Origin: an uncultured Gemmatimonadales bacterium
GTDB taxonomy: Bacteria; Gemmatimonadota; Gemmatimonadetes; Longimicrobiales; Gaopeijiaceae
Reading direction: 5' to 3'
Length of the DNA: 64,000 nt
Assembly: GCA_963823035.1 (NCBI GenBank)
Contig: CAWGKG010000025.1
Location: 1 to 64,000 of the forward strand
The stretch's first letter is position 1. Each line of letters begins with the position of its first letter. Positions 1 through 14,496 of this stretch are shown here, piece by piece. A program made the position numbers and the translations under genes. The notes beneath the pieces are model-generated. The model had not been told where the DNA came from. It ran no database searches and saw only the letters and a list, made by a program, of their open reading frames with translations.

Positions 1-1195
1 GGCTGAGCACGCGGCCCAGCGCATCCGTGAAATTCGCGTTCGTAACCGGGTTGGGTGCCGTCGCGTTCACGACGCCGCTCATCCGCTCGTCGTGGAGGGC
101 GTGCAGGAAGACGCCCACCAGGTCGTCCAGGTCGATCCATGAGAAGTACTGGCGGCCGCTGCCGATCCTCCCGCCCACGCCCATCTTGAAGGGGAGGAGC
201 ATCTCCCCGAGCGCTCCACCCTGCGGCGAGATCACCACGCCCTGTCGCAGGCGCACGACCCGGATGCCGGCGCTCTCGGCCGGACGGCTGGCCGCCTCCC
301 ACGCCTGGACGACCTCGGCCAGGAAGCCCTCTCCCGGCCCGCGCGCGGACTCATCGAGGCGCTCCTCACCCCGGTTGCCGTAGTAGCCCACGGCGGACGC
401 GCACACCAGCGTCTTTGGGCCGTCGCGCATCTCGGCGAGCGTGCGCGCCAAGAGCTCCGTCCCCCGGACGCGGCTCTCGAGGATGTTCTTCTTCCGCTCG
501 TCCGACCACCGCCCCCCGGCGAGCGACGCGGCGGCCAGGTGCACCACCGCGTCGACCCGGGCGAGGCGCTCGGCGTCGATCTCCCCGGTGTAGGGGTTCC
601 AGTAGATCGCGTCGTCGCCGGCGCGGCTCCGCTGCCGGACCATCGGGACCACGCGATGGCCGCCTGTGGTGAGGAAGTGCGTCAGGTTCGAGCCGATCAG
701 CCCGGTGGCGCCGCTGATCGCCACGGTGAGCCGCGGACGATCCGCCCAGGCGGCGTGGCGTGCCAGATCGGTGAGGAGCCTCCGGTAGCGGAAGGCGAAC
801 AGCCGGTCAAGCTCCCGGCGGACGAAGCCCGGACCCACGGGAAGGCCGAGGGGCGCCTCGAACTCGATCCGGTCCTCGAGCCGGGTCCCGCCCGCCTCGG
901 TGGGCGAGAAGGCGTGGGTGTGGACCCACGACTTGAGGGGCCCGTGGACCTGCACGTCGCAGAACTGGCGACCCTCCAGGAAGTCCTGATGACGCAGCTC
1001 CCACCGGAAGGAGGCGGGCCCGCCGTGCACGCGCAGGACGACGCGGGCCCCGTCCCTGATTCCCCCCTCCTTCAGCTCGACGTCCACGTTGGCCCAGGGC
1101 GGGGTCAGGCGTTCGAGCGCGCCCGGCCGCTCGTGCCAGGCGAAGACCTCCTCGGGCGGGTGGTCCGGGATCTCGGTTCGGTAGGTCAGGCGCAT
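1..1195 (-). CDS. TIGR01777-family NAD-dependent epimerase/oxidoreductase with N-terminal SRPBCC-like domain (3' end outside window)
   Basis: Manual minus-strand translation from ATG at 1195: MRLTYRTEIPDHPPEEVFAWHERPGALERLTPPW..., Rossmann motif ISGATGLIG, later ASAVGYYG and GSGRQYFSWIDLDD. Absent from the ORF track because it runs off the edge. Confidence 0.85.
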   Translation of the reverse strand, partial: MRLTYRTEIPDHPPEEVFAWHERPGALERLTPPWANVDVELKEGGIRDGARVVLRVHGGPASFRWELRHQDFLEGRQFCDVQVHGPLKSWVHTHAFSPTEAGGTRLEDRIEFEAPLGLPVGPGFVRRELDRLFAFRYRRLLTDLARHAAWADRPRLTVAISGATGLIGSNLTHFLTTGGHRVVPMVRQRSRAGDDAIYWNPYTGEIDAERLARVDAVVHLAAASLAGGRWSDERKKNILESRVRGTELLARTLAEMRDGPKTLVCASAVGYYGNRGEERLDESARGPGEGFLAEVVQAWEAASRPAESAGIRVVRLRQGVVISPQGGALGEMLLPFKMGVGGRIGSGRQYFSWIDLDDLVGVFLHALHDERMSGVVNATAPNPVTNANFTDALGRVLS

Positions 1196-1283
1196 CGGCA
1201 GCGGGTTCCAGAGGTGATTCGGCGCGCCCGGCGGAGTACCCCCGACGGGCGCTCGGGTCCCCGACCCGCTGCCATGGACGGGG

Positions 1284-1995
1284 TCAACCGGCGAGGGCGA
1301 GCGCGACGAGGGAGGCGGCGAGCTGGACGGTGAGGTTGTCCGTACCGTGGTGGCTCACCGCCTCCACGGTCGCGGCCACCACCCCCACGGCGACCGCAAC
1401 GTGCGCCGCGGCCCAGGGCCGCAGCCCGATCGCCACCAGCGCCAGCAGGGCGGCCAGCGTGCTCACCACGAGCACGGCGGCCGTGCCTTCCCAGCTCCGC
1501 CGCGCGGGAACGCCGCCCAGCGAAGGCACGCGGTAGGTGTGACGCCCCCAGAGGACGCCGACCGGCTCCCCGATCGCGTCCCCCCACCCCGCGACCAGGT
1601 AGCCGACGGTCGCGAACGGGCCCGCCACGATGGCGCTGACCAGGCCGCCGACGGCGGTGGTGACGAGTGGAAGCACCACGAAGAGGCCTCGGCGCGGCCG
1701 GTCCGTGTCGCGGGCCAGCGCTTCGAAGAGGGGATGTCCCTCACCGCGCGACACGCTCCACAGCACCACCACCGCCACCGCCGCGCCGTACGCGTTCGTG
1801 CCGCCGAGCCCGAAGGCGGGCGTGGACCGCGGCCGCGCCCGTGAAGACGCCGAAGTGGAACAGCTTGCGCGTGAGGCCGACGCGTACGCCCCGGGCGCGT
1901 AGTCGTGCCGCGGGCCATCCGACCAGAACGACGGTCAGGCCCCCGAGGGCGGCCGCGCCGAGCCCGACCGCGAGGTCGGGGAGGAGCGGGCTCAC
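1284..1995 (-). CDS. Polyprenol/phytol/dolichol kinase-like (CTP_transf_1 clan) membrane protein, frameshifted near 1790
   Basis: ORFs 1741-1995 and 1284-1778 join. Motifs TRKLFH, GWGDAIGEPVG, RRSWEGT and EAVSHHGTDNL are typical of SEC59/VTE5-like kinases. Confidence 0.7.
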
Positions 1996-2016
1996 CGATC
2001 GCCGCGCACGACGTGG

Positions 2017-5290
<3,274 letters not shown>

Positions 5291-5360
5291 CCGGCCCTCC
5301 GCCGGCTCCACGGGCAGGAAGGCCTCCCGGGTTCCCCTTCGGGGCCGGGTCGGGCGGAGC

Positions 5361-5735
5361 TCAGGACGTCGTCTTCAGACACCGCCGAATGGCCCCGAGA
5401 AGCACGTCCTCGTCCACGATCGGCTTGGTCACGTAGTCGTTGAAGCCCGCGGCGAGGTACTTCTCACGGTCGCCCGCCATGGCGTGCGCCGTCAGCGCGA
5501 TGACGGGGAGCTCCTTGAACTGCGGCTGCCGGCGGATCCACGCCAGCACCTCCGTGCCGTCCATCTCGGGAAGCGAGATGTCGAGAAGGACGAGGTCGGG
5601 AGGATCGCCCGGAAGGCCCTCGACCGCCTCGACGCCCGTCTCGTACTCCGAGATCTCGTAGCTGTCCTCGAGGATCGCGTTCACCAGGAGCCTGTTGTCG
5701 GGGTTGTCCTCGACCACGGCGATCTTGGCGCTCAT
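5361..5735 (-). CDS. Single-domain response regulator (CheY/DivK-like)
   Basis: MSAKIAVVEDNPDN...PDLVLLDISLPEMDG...IALTAHAMAGD...YVTKP; ATGA overlap with the Hpt gene. Confidence 0.92.
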   Translation of the reverse strand: MSAKIAVVEDNPDNRLLVNAILEDSYEISEYETGVEAVEGLPGDPPDLVLLDISLPEMDGTEVLAWIRRQPQFKELPVIALTAHAMAGDREKYLAAGFNDYVTKPIVDEDVLLGAIRRCLKTTS

Positions 5736-6091
5736 TTCTTCAGTTCCTCGTGGACCGACTGCAGGGCTGTGATAACCTGGGAGAACGCTTCCTCCAGTTG
5801 CGGGAGGAGCGACGCGACCGTGTCGCGATCGCCCTCGGACGCGGCTTTCTCCGACTCCGCGGACAGGGCCCGGAGCCGCTCCGCGCCGAGGTTCGCGGCG
5901 CTCGACTTGAGCGAATGCGCCCCCCGCTCCCCTTCGTCGAGGTTGCCCTCCCCGGCGCCCCTGCGGATCTGCTCCATGCGCTGCGGGGCGTTCTCGAGGA
6001 AGAGGCGGACCATCTCGGAGAGCAGCTTCTCGCCTCCCCATTCGCGCAGACGATCGAGCGACTTGGGGTCGAGGACTTGGGGGTCGGTCAT
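5732..6091 (-). CDS. Hpt (histidine phosphotransfer) domain protein
   Basis: Helical protein with the Hpt motif AHSLKSSAANLGAERL. Confidence 0.9.
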   Translation of the reverse strand: MTDPQVLDPKSLDRLREWGGEKLLSEMVRLFLENAPQRMEQIRRGAGEGNLDEGERGAHSLKSSAANLGAERLRALSAESEKAASEGDRDTVASLLPQLEEAFSQVITALQSVHEELKK

Positions 6092-6245
6092 CGATGCCTT
6101 CGCGAATCGGTGCGAAGACGCGGGCCCTCCGGGCCCCACGTCAGGGTGTGAACGGCGATACGTCCAGTGTAGCCCCGGTGCGCGCCCTCAGCAATCGGCT
6201 CGGAACGGGTATGTCAAGGCAAGGCAGGGGTTTGGGCAGGGCGGC

Positions 6246-6994
6246 TCAGGGGACGGTTCCCTTTCGCGTCGGGTGCGCGTGGCCGAGGATCTCCCGTGCC
6301 GGCAGGAGGAGATCCACCGTGCCGGGATGCGTCTCCCACGCCTCGAACGCTTCGCCCCATTCGACCCCGCCCACCGTGCCCGGCGGTGCGCAGACGGTCC
6401 TCGAGCCACCCGCGATCCCCGAATCCGATGAGCGTCCCGGTGGTAGTCCGCGAGCGCGAAGATGCGTCCGACCCACGGCGACACGTCGACGGTGACGCGC
6501 GGTAGCGCGGAGTGGACGCCGCGTATCGTGAAGACCGGGCAGAAGGCCCGGTGCGGCGGCCGCGGACGGGTCACAGCTGGCGATGCGCGCGTACGTGACG
6601 GCGTCGCGCGCGATCTTCCCCGCGGCCTGGTGGTCCGGGTGCCGCATCCCCTTCACCCAGGCGTCGCCCCAGGTGACGAGACCGTCCGGCCGGACGTCCG
6701 CCAACACCTGTGCCACCGCCCGTGCGGCGTCCGGCGTCGCCTCGAGGCCGCAGTCCGGGAAGTCGAGGAAGCGGTGCTCCACGTCCAGGAGCCGCGCGGA
6801 GCCTTCGGCCTGCTCCTCGCGCCGGCGCACGACCTCCTCCGCAGGAAGGTCGCCGAAGGCACCCGTGGCCTCCCCCGGGTCAGGTAGAGGACCACCACCC
6901 GGTCCCCGCGGTCGCGATGGGCGAGCAGCGTGCCCGCCACAGGCAGCTCGTCGTCCGGGTGCGCGAAGACCGCGAGAAGGGTGGTGTCGGGCAC
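6246..6994 (-). CDS. PIG-L/LmbE family deacetylase (frameshifted)
   Basis: [26 protein letters not shown] and HPDH motifs spread over ORFs 6653-7183, 6246-6830 and 6188-6574. Confidence 0.8.
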
Positions 6995-6998
6995 CGCG

Positions 6999-7652
<654 letters not shown>

Positions 7653-7656
<4 letters not shown>

Positions 7657-8351
7657 TGTGCCCTCCGCAGGTGTCGGATGCCGTCCGGGCCCGCGAGGAT
7701 CGCCTCGGTGGCCAAGCCCAGGAAGAGCCCCGTCTCCGCGATGCCCGCCCGGGCGTGCAGCGCCGCGTCGAGCCCTCGGGGGTCTGCGATGCCGTCGGGG
7801 AAGCGACAGTGCAGGATCAGGTTCCCGTTGTCGGAGACGAAGGGCCGACCGTCGTCCAGCGTGCGCAGGGTCACTTCGGCTCCCCGCGCCTCGAGTTCCG
7901 CGACGTGGCCCGACCACCCCCACGCCACCACCTCCACCGGGAGGGGCGAGCGCGTTCCCAGGCGGTCCACGGCCTTGCCCGCGTCGGCGATGATCAGGAA
8001 GCGCTCCGAGGCCTGGGCGACGATCTTCTCGCGCAGGAGCGCTCCCCCCATGCCCTTGATGAGGTCGAGCTCCGGGGAGACCTCGTCGGCGCCGTCCACG
8101 GTCAGGTCCAGGTGCGGCCGCTCCGCCAGCGTGGCGAGGGGGATGCCGAGACGGCCCGCTTCCTCCTCCGTCCACACGGACGAAGGAACGCCGACCACGT
8201 CGGTCAGCTCGCCCGACCGGATGCGCGCGCCGAGGAGGTCGAGGAAGTGCGCCACGGTGCTGCCCGTGCCGAGGCCGAGCGTCATTCCGGCCTCCACCGC
8301 GTGGACGGCGTGCGAGGCGGCCTCTCTCTTCAGCGCGGCGGCGGAGGTCAT
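7653..8351 (-). CDS. rpiA: Ribose-5-phosphate isomerase A
   Basis: [33 protein letters not shown]. Confidence 0.95.
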
Positions 8352-8473
8352 GAGGCCCTCGGAGTCATGGACTTCGGCTTGTCGGTCAGGGGGATGGCCG
8401 CACCCGGGAACGCGAGGAAGGTATCCACGGGGTTGAGGAGATTCCAGGGCAACCGTCACGGTCGGCGCGTCCC

Positions 8474-8505
8474 TTGACAGCATCCGCGGGGCATGGGATC
8501 TCTTG
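8474..8505 (+). promoter_or_regulatory. Possible sigma70 promoter for DAHP synthase
   Basis: Perfect TTGACA at 8474-8479 in the divergent rpiA/aroF intergenic region; the -10 element is poor. Confidence 0.3.
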
Positions 8506-8549
8506 GGTCCTTTCCGCCGTGCACCCGGCCGCGTCGCCAGGAGAGATCG

Positions 8550-9590
8550 ATGATCATCGTGACCCGCAGGGGCGTCACCCAGGAGGAACTCGATCACATC
8601 CGCGAGCGGGTGGAGGCGGCCGGCCTGCGCACGCACGTTTCGCGCGGGGAGCACCGCACGATCGTGGGCTGTGTCGGCGACGAGGAGCGCCTGCAGAACG
8701 TACCGCTGCTCAGCCTCCCCGGCGTCGAGGCGGTCCATCCGGTCCTGAAGCCGTACAAGCTCGCCTCGCGGGAGTTCGTGGTCGAGGCGACGCGCGTGCC
8801 GGTGGGCGCCACCGAGTTCGGCGGAGAGGAGGTGGTGGTGATCGCCGGACCGTGCTCGGTGGAGGGGCTCGACATGCTGCGCGCCACCGCCGCGAGCGTC
8901 GCCGCCCAGGGTGCGCGCGCGCTGCGCGGCGGCGCGTTCAAGCCCCGGACCTCACCCTACTCCTTCCGGGGGCTGGGCGAGGAGGGGCTGGAGATCCTCG
9001 CGCAGGTGCGCTCCGAGACCGGCCTCCCCGTGGTCACCGAGGTCATGGACACCCGCCAGGTGGAGCTGGTGGCCTCCTACGCCGACGTCCTGCAGGTCGG
9101 CGCGCGCAACATGCAGAACTTCGCGCTCCTCACCGAGGTGGGGAGGCTCCGCCGCCCGGTCCTGCTCAAGCGGGGGATGTCGGCCACGGTGAAGGACCTG
9201 CTGCTCGCGGCCGAGTACGTCATGAGCCAGGGCAACCCGAACGTGATCCTGTGCGAGCGGGGCATCCGCACCTTCGAGACCGCCACCCGCAACACCTTCG
9301 ACCTGGCTGCGATCCCGGTGCTGAAGCGGGAGACGCACCTGCCGGTCATCGCCGATCCCTCCCACGCGGGCGGGGTGCGCCACCTCGTGGAGCCGCTCTC
9401 CCTCGCGGCGGTGGCGGCCGGGGCGGACGGTCTGATCGTCGAGGTGCACCCGGACCCGGAGAGCGCCACCTCGGACGGGGAGCAGTCGCTGGACCTCGGC
9501 GAGTTCGCGGCCCTCATGCGCAGCATCCGCCCGATCGTCGAGGCCGTGCACCGCACGTTGGCGCCCATGACGGCGGGCGCGAGCGCCTGA
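8550..9590 (+). CDS. aroF: 3-deoxy-7-phosphoheptulonate (DAHP) synthase, type I-beta with N-terminal regulatory domain
   Basis: [69 protein letters not shown]. Confidence 0.95.
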   Translation: MIIVTRRGVTQEELDHIRERVEAAGLRTHVSRGEHRTIVGCVGDEERLQNVPLLSLPGVEAVHPVLKPYKLASREFVVEATRVPVGATEFGGEEVVVIAGPCSVEGLDMLRATAASVAAQGARALRGGAFKPRTSPYSFRGLGEEGLEILAQVRSETGLPVVTEVMDTRQVELVASYADVLQVGARNMQNFALLTEVGRLRRPVLLKRGMSATVKDLLLAAEYVMSQGNPNVILCERGIRTFETATRNTFDLAAIPVLKRETHLPVIADPSHAGGVRHLVEPLSLAAVAAGADGLIVEVHPDPESATSDGEQSLDLGEFAALMRSIRPIVEAVHRTLAPMTAGASA

Positions 9591-9612
9591 GGTCGAGCGG
9601 GGCGGCTGAGCC

Positions 9613-11016
9613 TCAGGCGCCCCCGAGGAGCACGCCTGCGCGGTCGATCTGGGCGCGCACCGAGCGGCGCGACGTGCCCCCGACGCTGTCGCGCGCGTCG
9701 GCGGAACGCTCCCAGTCGAAAACGTCGTGCACGTCCTCGCGGAAGGCCTTGTGCTCCTCCCGGAACGCCGCGGTCTCCAGCGCCGAGAGGCTCACGCCCG
9801 CCTCCTCCGCCCGCCGGACCAGACGCCCCACCACCTCATGGCTCTCCCGGAAGGGGACGCCGCGGCGCACCAGGTAGTCGGCGAGGTCGGTCGCGAGGAG
9901 CTGAGCGTCCATCACGGCACGCATGCGCTCCGGTCGGAACTCGGCCTCGCGCACGGCGCCGGCCATCGCGGGAAGGGTGAGCAGGAGCGTGTCGACGGTG
10001 TCGAAGAGCGCCTCCTTGTCCTCCTGCAGATCGCGGTTGTATCCGGTCGGGAGGCCCTTCAGGAGGGTGAGCAACGTCGACAGATTGCCGATCAGGCGCG
10101 CCGACTTGCCCCGGGCGAGCTCGGCCACGTCCGGGTTGCGCTTCTGCGGCATGAGGCTCGATCCCGTGCTGAAGCCGTCCGAGAGCCGCACGAACCCGAA
10201 CTCGGTGGAGGAGAACAGCACGAGGTCCTCGCCCAGCCGCGACAGGTGCACGCCGAGCATGGCGCCGGCGTAGGCCAGGTCGCAGATCCAGTCCCGGTCC
10301 GAGACCGCGTCCACGCTGTTCTCGCTCACCCGCTCGAAGCCGAGCGCGTCCCGGAGCCCCTCCCGATCCACCGGGAAGGGACAGCCGGCCACGGCGCCCG
10401 AGCCCAGCGGAAGGACCGCGGCGGCCTTGCGGGCCGCAGCCACCCGCTCCACGTCGCGCAGGAACGCCCACAGGTGGGCGAGCGCCCACTGCGCGGCCCG
10501 GATCGGCTGCGCCTGCTGGAGGTGCGTGTAGCCCGGCATCACGGCGTCCACGCCGCGCTCGGCCAACCCCAGGAGGGCGTGACAGAGCCCCAGGACCTCC
10601 GTGCGCACCGCGTCGCACGCGTCCATCCCGAACAGGCGCACGTCGGTCGAAGACTGGTCGTTGCGCGACCGGCCGGTATGCAGCTTCCCCGCGACCTCTC
10701 CGACGGCCTCGCGCAGCATGCGCTCGACGGCGGCGTGGATGTCCTCCTCGGGGGCGGACGCGAGCCCTTCCGCCTCGATCCGATCGGCGACGTCCTCCAG
10801 TCCCCGCGCGAGCGTGGAGCACTCCTTCTCGGTGAGGACGTCCGCCTTCCGCAGCGCCCGCGCCCAGGCCAGGCTCCCGCGCACGTCCTCCCGCCACAGG
10901 CGTCCGTCGACCGGCAGGCAGAGGTTGAGGGGAATCATCTCGGGCGCCATGCCACTGCGAAAACGCCCACCCCACAGTCCTTTACCTCTATCCATCTCAT
11001 CTTGCTTCGATGTCAT
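9613..11016 (-). CDS. argH: Argininosuccinate lyase
   Basis: [44 protein letters not shown]. Confidence 0.97.
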   Translation of the reverse strand: MTSKQDEMDRGKGLWGGRFRSGMAPEMIPLNLCLPVDGRLWREDVRGSLAWARALRKADVLTEKECSTLARGLEDVADRIEAEGLASAPEEDIHAAVERMLREAVGEVAGKLHTGRSRNDQSSTDVRLFGMDACDAVRTEVLGLCHALLGLAERGVDAVMPGYTHLQQAQPIRAAQWALAHLWAFLRDVERVAAARKAAAVLPLGSGAVAGCPFPVDREGLRDALGFERVSENSVDAVSDRDWICDLAYAGAMLGVHLSRLGEDLVLFSSTEFGFVRLSDGFSTGSSLMPQKRNPDVAELARGKSARLIGNLSTLLTLLKGLPTGYNRDLQEDKEALFDTVDTLLLTLPAMAGAVREAEFRPERMRAVMDAQLLATDLADYLVRRGVPFRESHEVVGRLVRRAEEAGVSLSALETAAFREEHKAFREDVHDVFDWERSADARDSVGGTSRRSVRAQIDRAGVLLGGA

Positions 11017-11146
11017 GCGGGCCTTCTCCGACGGCGGGGGTCGACCCGGAGCATACGACGGCACGAGGGCCGCGACAACGCAGCCGAGGGGCGTGCCCTC
11101 GGGCGGCGGCCACCGGACGCGGGAGGGGTCGGGCGGATGGATGTCG

Positions 11147-12349
11147 TCAAGTCGCCCGTGCCGCGCTCGCGATCGCGTCCGACAGTGTGGCCAACCCCTC
11201 GTCGATCTCCTCCTCCGTGACCACGAGAGGCGGGACGAGGCGCACCACGTCCGGTCCCGCGGAGACGACGAGCAGCCCGAGCTCCCGCGCTCGCGCCACC
11301 ACCGGTGCCGCCGGCCCTCCCAACAGCAGTCCCTGCATCAGCCCGATGCCCCGCACGCCCGTGACGCCCTCGTGACGCTCCACCAGGGCGCCGAGGCCGG
11401 CCCGCAGGTGGGCCCCGAGGGCCGTGACCCGCTCGAGGAAGGCCGGGTCGGAGATCGTACGCAGGACGGCCAGCGCCACCGATGAGACCAGCGGCCCCCC
11501 GCCGAACGTCGTCCCGTGGTCGCCCGGCTTCATCGTCTCCGCAATGGCGTCCGAGAGGACCACGGCACCCATGGGGAGGCCGCCGGCCAGGGGCTTGGCG
11601 AGCGTCATCATGTCGGGAACGGCACCCGAATGCTGCCAGGCGAAGAGGCGTCCCGTGCGGCCCAGGCCGCACTGGATCTCGTCGAACACCAGGAGCGCTT
11701 CGTGCGCGTCGCAGAGCGCACGCAGCTCCTCGAGAAACGCCGGAGGCGTGGGTCGCACGCCGCCTTCGCCCTGGACGGCCTCGATGATGACGGCCGCGAC
11801 GTTTCCGCCTTCCAGGAGGGCCTCGACCGCGGCGGCATCCCCCATCTCCGCGAAGTGCACGCCGGGCATGAGGGGGCGAAACGGCGCCTGGTAGGCCTCT
11901 CGGTCGGTGGCGGCGAGCGTGCCGAAGAGCCGGCCGTGGAAGGCGCCCCGGAAGGCGACGATCTGATGGCGCTCGGGGCCGTGCACGGTCCCCGCCCAGC
12001 GGCGCGCGAACTTGAAGGCCGCCTCGTTGGCTTCCGCACCCGAGTTGCAGAAGAAGGCGCGCCCGGGAAAGCTCAGCCCCACGAGCGACTCGGCCAGCTC
12101 CATCGCGGGCCGCGTGCGGAAGAGGTTCGACGTGTGGACGAGCCCCGTATCCAGCGCACCCTCGATCGCCTCGCGGATGGCGGGCGCGCCATAGCCGAGC
12201 GCATTCACCGCGATGCCGGCCGTGAAGTCGAGATAGTCCCTGCCCTCCTCGTCCTGAACGCGGCAACCCTGTCCGCGGGCGAGCACGAAGTCGGGTTGGG
12301 CGTAGATCCCGAGAAGGGGGCTGGCGGTCGTGGAGGTCGAGGGGTTCAT
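11147..12349 (-). CDS. argD: Acetylornithine aminotransferase (class III PLP)
   Basis: NSGAEANEAA, FHGR, EAVQGEGG, FDEIQCGLGRTG, TLAKPLAGG, HGTTFGG; lies between argC and argH. Confidence 0.93.
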   Translation of the reverse strand: MNPSTSTTASPLLGIYAQPDFVLARGQGCRVQDEEGRDYLDFTAGIAVNALGYGAPAIREAIEGALDTGLVHTSNLFRTRPAMELAESLVGLSFPGRAFFCNSGAEANEAAFKFARRWAGTVHGPERHQIVAFRGAFHGRLFGTLAATDREAYQAPFRPLMPGVHFAEMGDAAAVEALLEGGNVAAVIIEAVQGEGGVRPTPPAFLEELRALCDAHEALLVFDEIQCGLGRTGRLFAWQHSGAVPDMMTLAKPLAGGLPMGAVVLSDAIAETMKPGDHGTTFGGGPLVSSVALAVLRTISDPAFLERVTALGAHLRAGLGALVERHEGVTGVRGIGLMQGLLLGGPAAPVVARARELGLLVVSAGPDVVRLVPPLVVTEEEIDEGLATLSDAIASAARAT

Positions 12350-12393
12350 GCGGTCTCCGTCGGTGTTCGGCGCGGGTAGGGTGGTTCGTGCGC

Positions 12394-13374
12394 TCAGCAG
12401 CGCAGCCCGAGCGTGGGGTCGAGCCCCAGCATGAGGTTCATGTTGTGCACGGCCTGCCCCGCGGCGCCCTTCCCCAGGTTGTCGAGCGCCGCCATGACGG
12501 TCACGAGGGGCACGTCCACCCCGGGGTTGTCCGCCGCACCCAGGACGAGGAGATCGGTGCCCACCACGTCGGCGAGCGCGGGCGTGCCGTCGGTGACGCG
12601 TACCGTAGCGGCGGCGGCGTAGGCGGCCCGCCAGGCGGCGCGCACCGCCGCGGCGTCCACGCCCGCTTTCACGGGAAGGTAGATCGTCTCCAGGATCCCG
12701 CGCGGGAGCGGAAGGAGGTGCGGCTGGAAGACGAGCTGGAGGCCGGGCAGGCCCACCCGCATCTCGAGGAGGTGCCGATGCCCGTTCCCGGTGGCGTAGG
12801 CGCGATAGTCACCCGCCACCTCGGCGAAGAGGAGCTCGCGCTTGGGCGTCCGCCCCGCGCCGGTGACTCCCGAGGCGGCGTTCACCACCACGGCCGCACC
12901 GTCCGCGATCAAGCCGGCTTCCCGCAGGGGGTGGAGCGCGAGTTGGACGCCGGTGGGGTAGCAGCCCGGATTGGCCACCAGGCGCGCCTCCGCGACCTGG
13001 TCCGCGAAGAGGTCGGTCATCCCGTAGACAGCGCCCTCCTCACGACCCGAGCCGGGGCGGTGGTCCGCGGTCAGGTCGACCACGCGGGCGCCCGCCTCCA
13101 GCGCGCGTGCCGCCCATGCCACCGCCTGGCCGTGCGGGAGGCAGAGGAAGACCACGTCGGCGTCGCCCAGCGGTGCCTCCGAGCTGGAGACGAGCGCCAG
13201 GCCGGGTAGGCCCGAGGCCTCGCCCGCGTGCCCCTCGGAGGTGGCGAACACGACCCGAACGCCCGGATGACCGCGCAGGACGCGCAGGACCTCGAGCCCC
13301 GTGTAGCCGGTGGCCCCGACCACACCCACCCTGCCGAAAGACAAACTATTCATATTCATCGCAATATTATGCAT
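12394..13374 (-). CDS. argC: N-acetyl-gamma-glutamyl-phosphate reductase (start may be one of the downstream Met codons)
   Basis: GATGYTG, CLPHG, VANPGCY, SGVTGAG, DNLGKGAAGQAV. Confidence 0.95.
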   Translation of the reverse strand: MHNIAMNMNSLSFGRVGVVGATGYTGLEVLRVLRGHPGVRVVFATSEGHAGEASGLPGLALVSSSEAPLGDADVVFLCLPHGQAVAWAARALEAGARVVDLTADHRPGSGREEGAVYGMTDLFADQVAEARLVANPGCYPTGVQLALHPLREAGLIADGAAVVVNAASGVTGAGRTPKRELLFAEVAGDYRAYATGNGHRHLLEMRVGLPGLQLVFQPHLLPLPRGILETIYLPVKAGVDAAAVRAAWRAAYAAAATVRVTDGTPALADVVGTDLLVLGAADNPGVDVPLVTVMAALDNLGKGAAGQAVHNMNLMLGLDPTLGLRC

Positions 13375-13480
13375 GCCCTACCGGTCCCGGTCAACACCGG
13401 CACAACGTTGTCATGAATAGCTCAATGGTGTAGATGGACGAATGCTTGGGCGCCCCATCCTTGCTACTGAATATGCATGA
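13345..13480 (-). promoter_or_regulatory. AT-rich argC control region with ARG-box-like TGMAT half-sites
   Basis: The minus strand reads TGCATAATATTGCGATGAATATGAATAG over the argC start and TCATGCATATTCAG further upstream; the plus strand has CATGAATA near 13412. The region sits directly downstream of argR. Confidence 0.55.
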
Positions 13481-13514
13481 TCGACGCGACGCGCTCCCTC
13501 TCCGCCACACTCCG

Positions 13515-13976
13515 CTAGCGCTTGCGGAGCCCCGCCATCTCCTCCACACGCGCCTGGACGGCGGCGAGCCGGGCGGCCTCGCGCACGATGATCAGGATCG
13601 TGTCGTCCCCGGCCAGCGTCCCGAGCACCTCCGGCCACTCCTCCCAGTCGATCCCCGCCGCTACGGTCTGGGCCCCGCCCTTCATCGTCTTCACGAGGAG
13701 GAGGTTGCCGGTTCCCTCGGCGCCCAGGAAGAGGGTCGGGAGGAGCGTCTCGAGAGGCGCGGTGCTCTCCCATTCGTCGGGGAGCGCATAGTGCGCCGCT
13801 CCCTGCGCGTCGGGGATCTTGACCAGGCGCAGCTCGCGGATGTCCCGCGACAGGGTGGCCTGCGTGACGTCCGTGCCCTGCTCGAGGAGGATCTCGCGGA
13901 GGGCCTCCTGGCTGGGGACGCGATGGTGCTTGATGATGTCGAGGATGCGGGCGTGCCGGGCCGGCTTGCTGCTCAT
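13515..13976 (-). CDS. argR: Arginine repressor
   Basis: SQEAL...VTQATLSRDIRELRLVK and C-terminal GTLAGDDTILII. Confidence 0.95.
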   Translation of the reverse strand: MSSKPARHARILDIIKHHRVPSQEALREILLEQGTDVTQATLSRDIRELRLVKIPDAQGAAHYALPDEWESTAPLETLLPTLFLGAEGTGNLLLVKTMKGGAQTVAAGIDWEEWPEVLGTLAGDDTILIIVREAARLAAVQARVEEMAGLRKR

Positions 13977-14414
13977 GACACCGCCTTCGACGCGAGGTCC
14001 CGCACCTTCTCGGGCTCGAAGCCGACGCTCCGCCCTACCTCGGCGCCCCCGCTGAAGACGATGAGCGTCGGGATGCCGCGGATGCCGTAGCGCTGCGCCA
14101 CGCCGGGCGCCCGGTCGGTGTCGACCTTGGCGACGAGGAGGCGGCCCGCGTGCTCGCGGGCCAGCTCGTCCACGAGGGGCGCGACCAGCTTGCACGGACC
14201 ACACCAGTCCGCATGGAAGTCCACCAGCACGGGCGCGCGCGCGCCGACCACGGTGCGGTCGAAGTCCTCCTCGGTCACCTTCACCGGCCGATCGAGCAGC
14301 ATCGGCCGGGCGCACTTCCCGCACTTGGGACGGTCCGCCGCGCGTCCGAGGTCGATCGTCGTTCAGCGTGGCGCAGAAGCCGCAGCGGAGCGTGACGGTC
14401 CTGGAAGCTTGCAT
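13973..14414 (-). CDS. trxC: Thioredoxin 2 (zinc-finger thioredoxin), frameshift near 14360
   Basis: N-terminal CGFC...PKCGKC zinc motifs, VDFHADWCGPCK, IRGIPTLIVF. Confidence 0.85.
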
Positions 14415-14444
14415 GGCGTCCCTCGTCGGCCCGCGGCGTCCTGC

Positions 14445-14469
14445 CGGCCCGGCCGGGTGGGCCGGGCCG
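14445..14469 (-). terminator. GC-rich hairpin downstream of the TonB receptor
   Basis: 10-bp inverted repeat CGGCCCGGCC / GGCCGGGCCG with a 5-nt loop; no U-tract. Confidence 0.3.
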
Positions 14470-14496
14470 ACGCGCGCGCCTCGAGGCGCGGATCCG

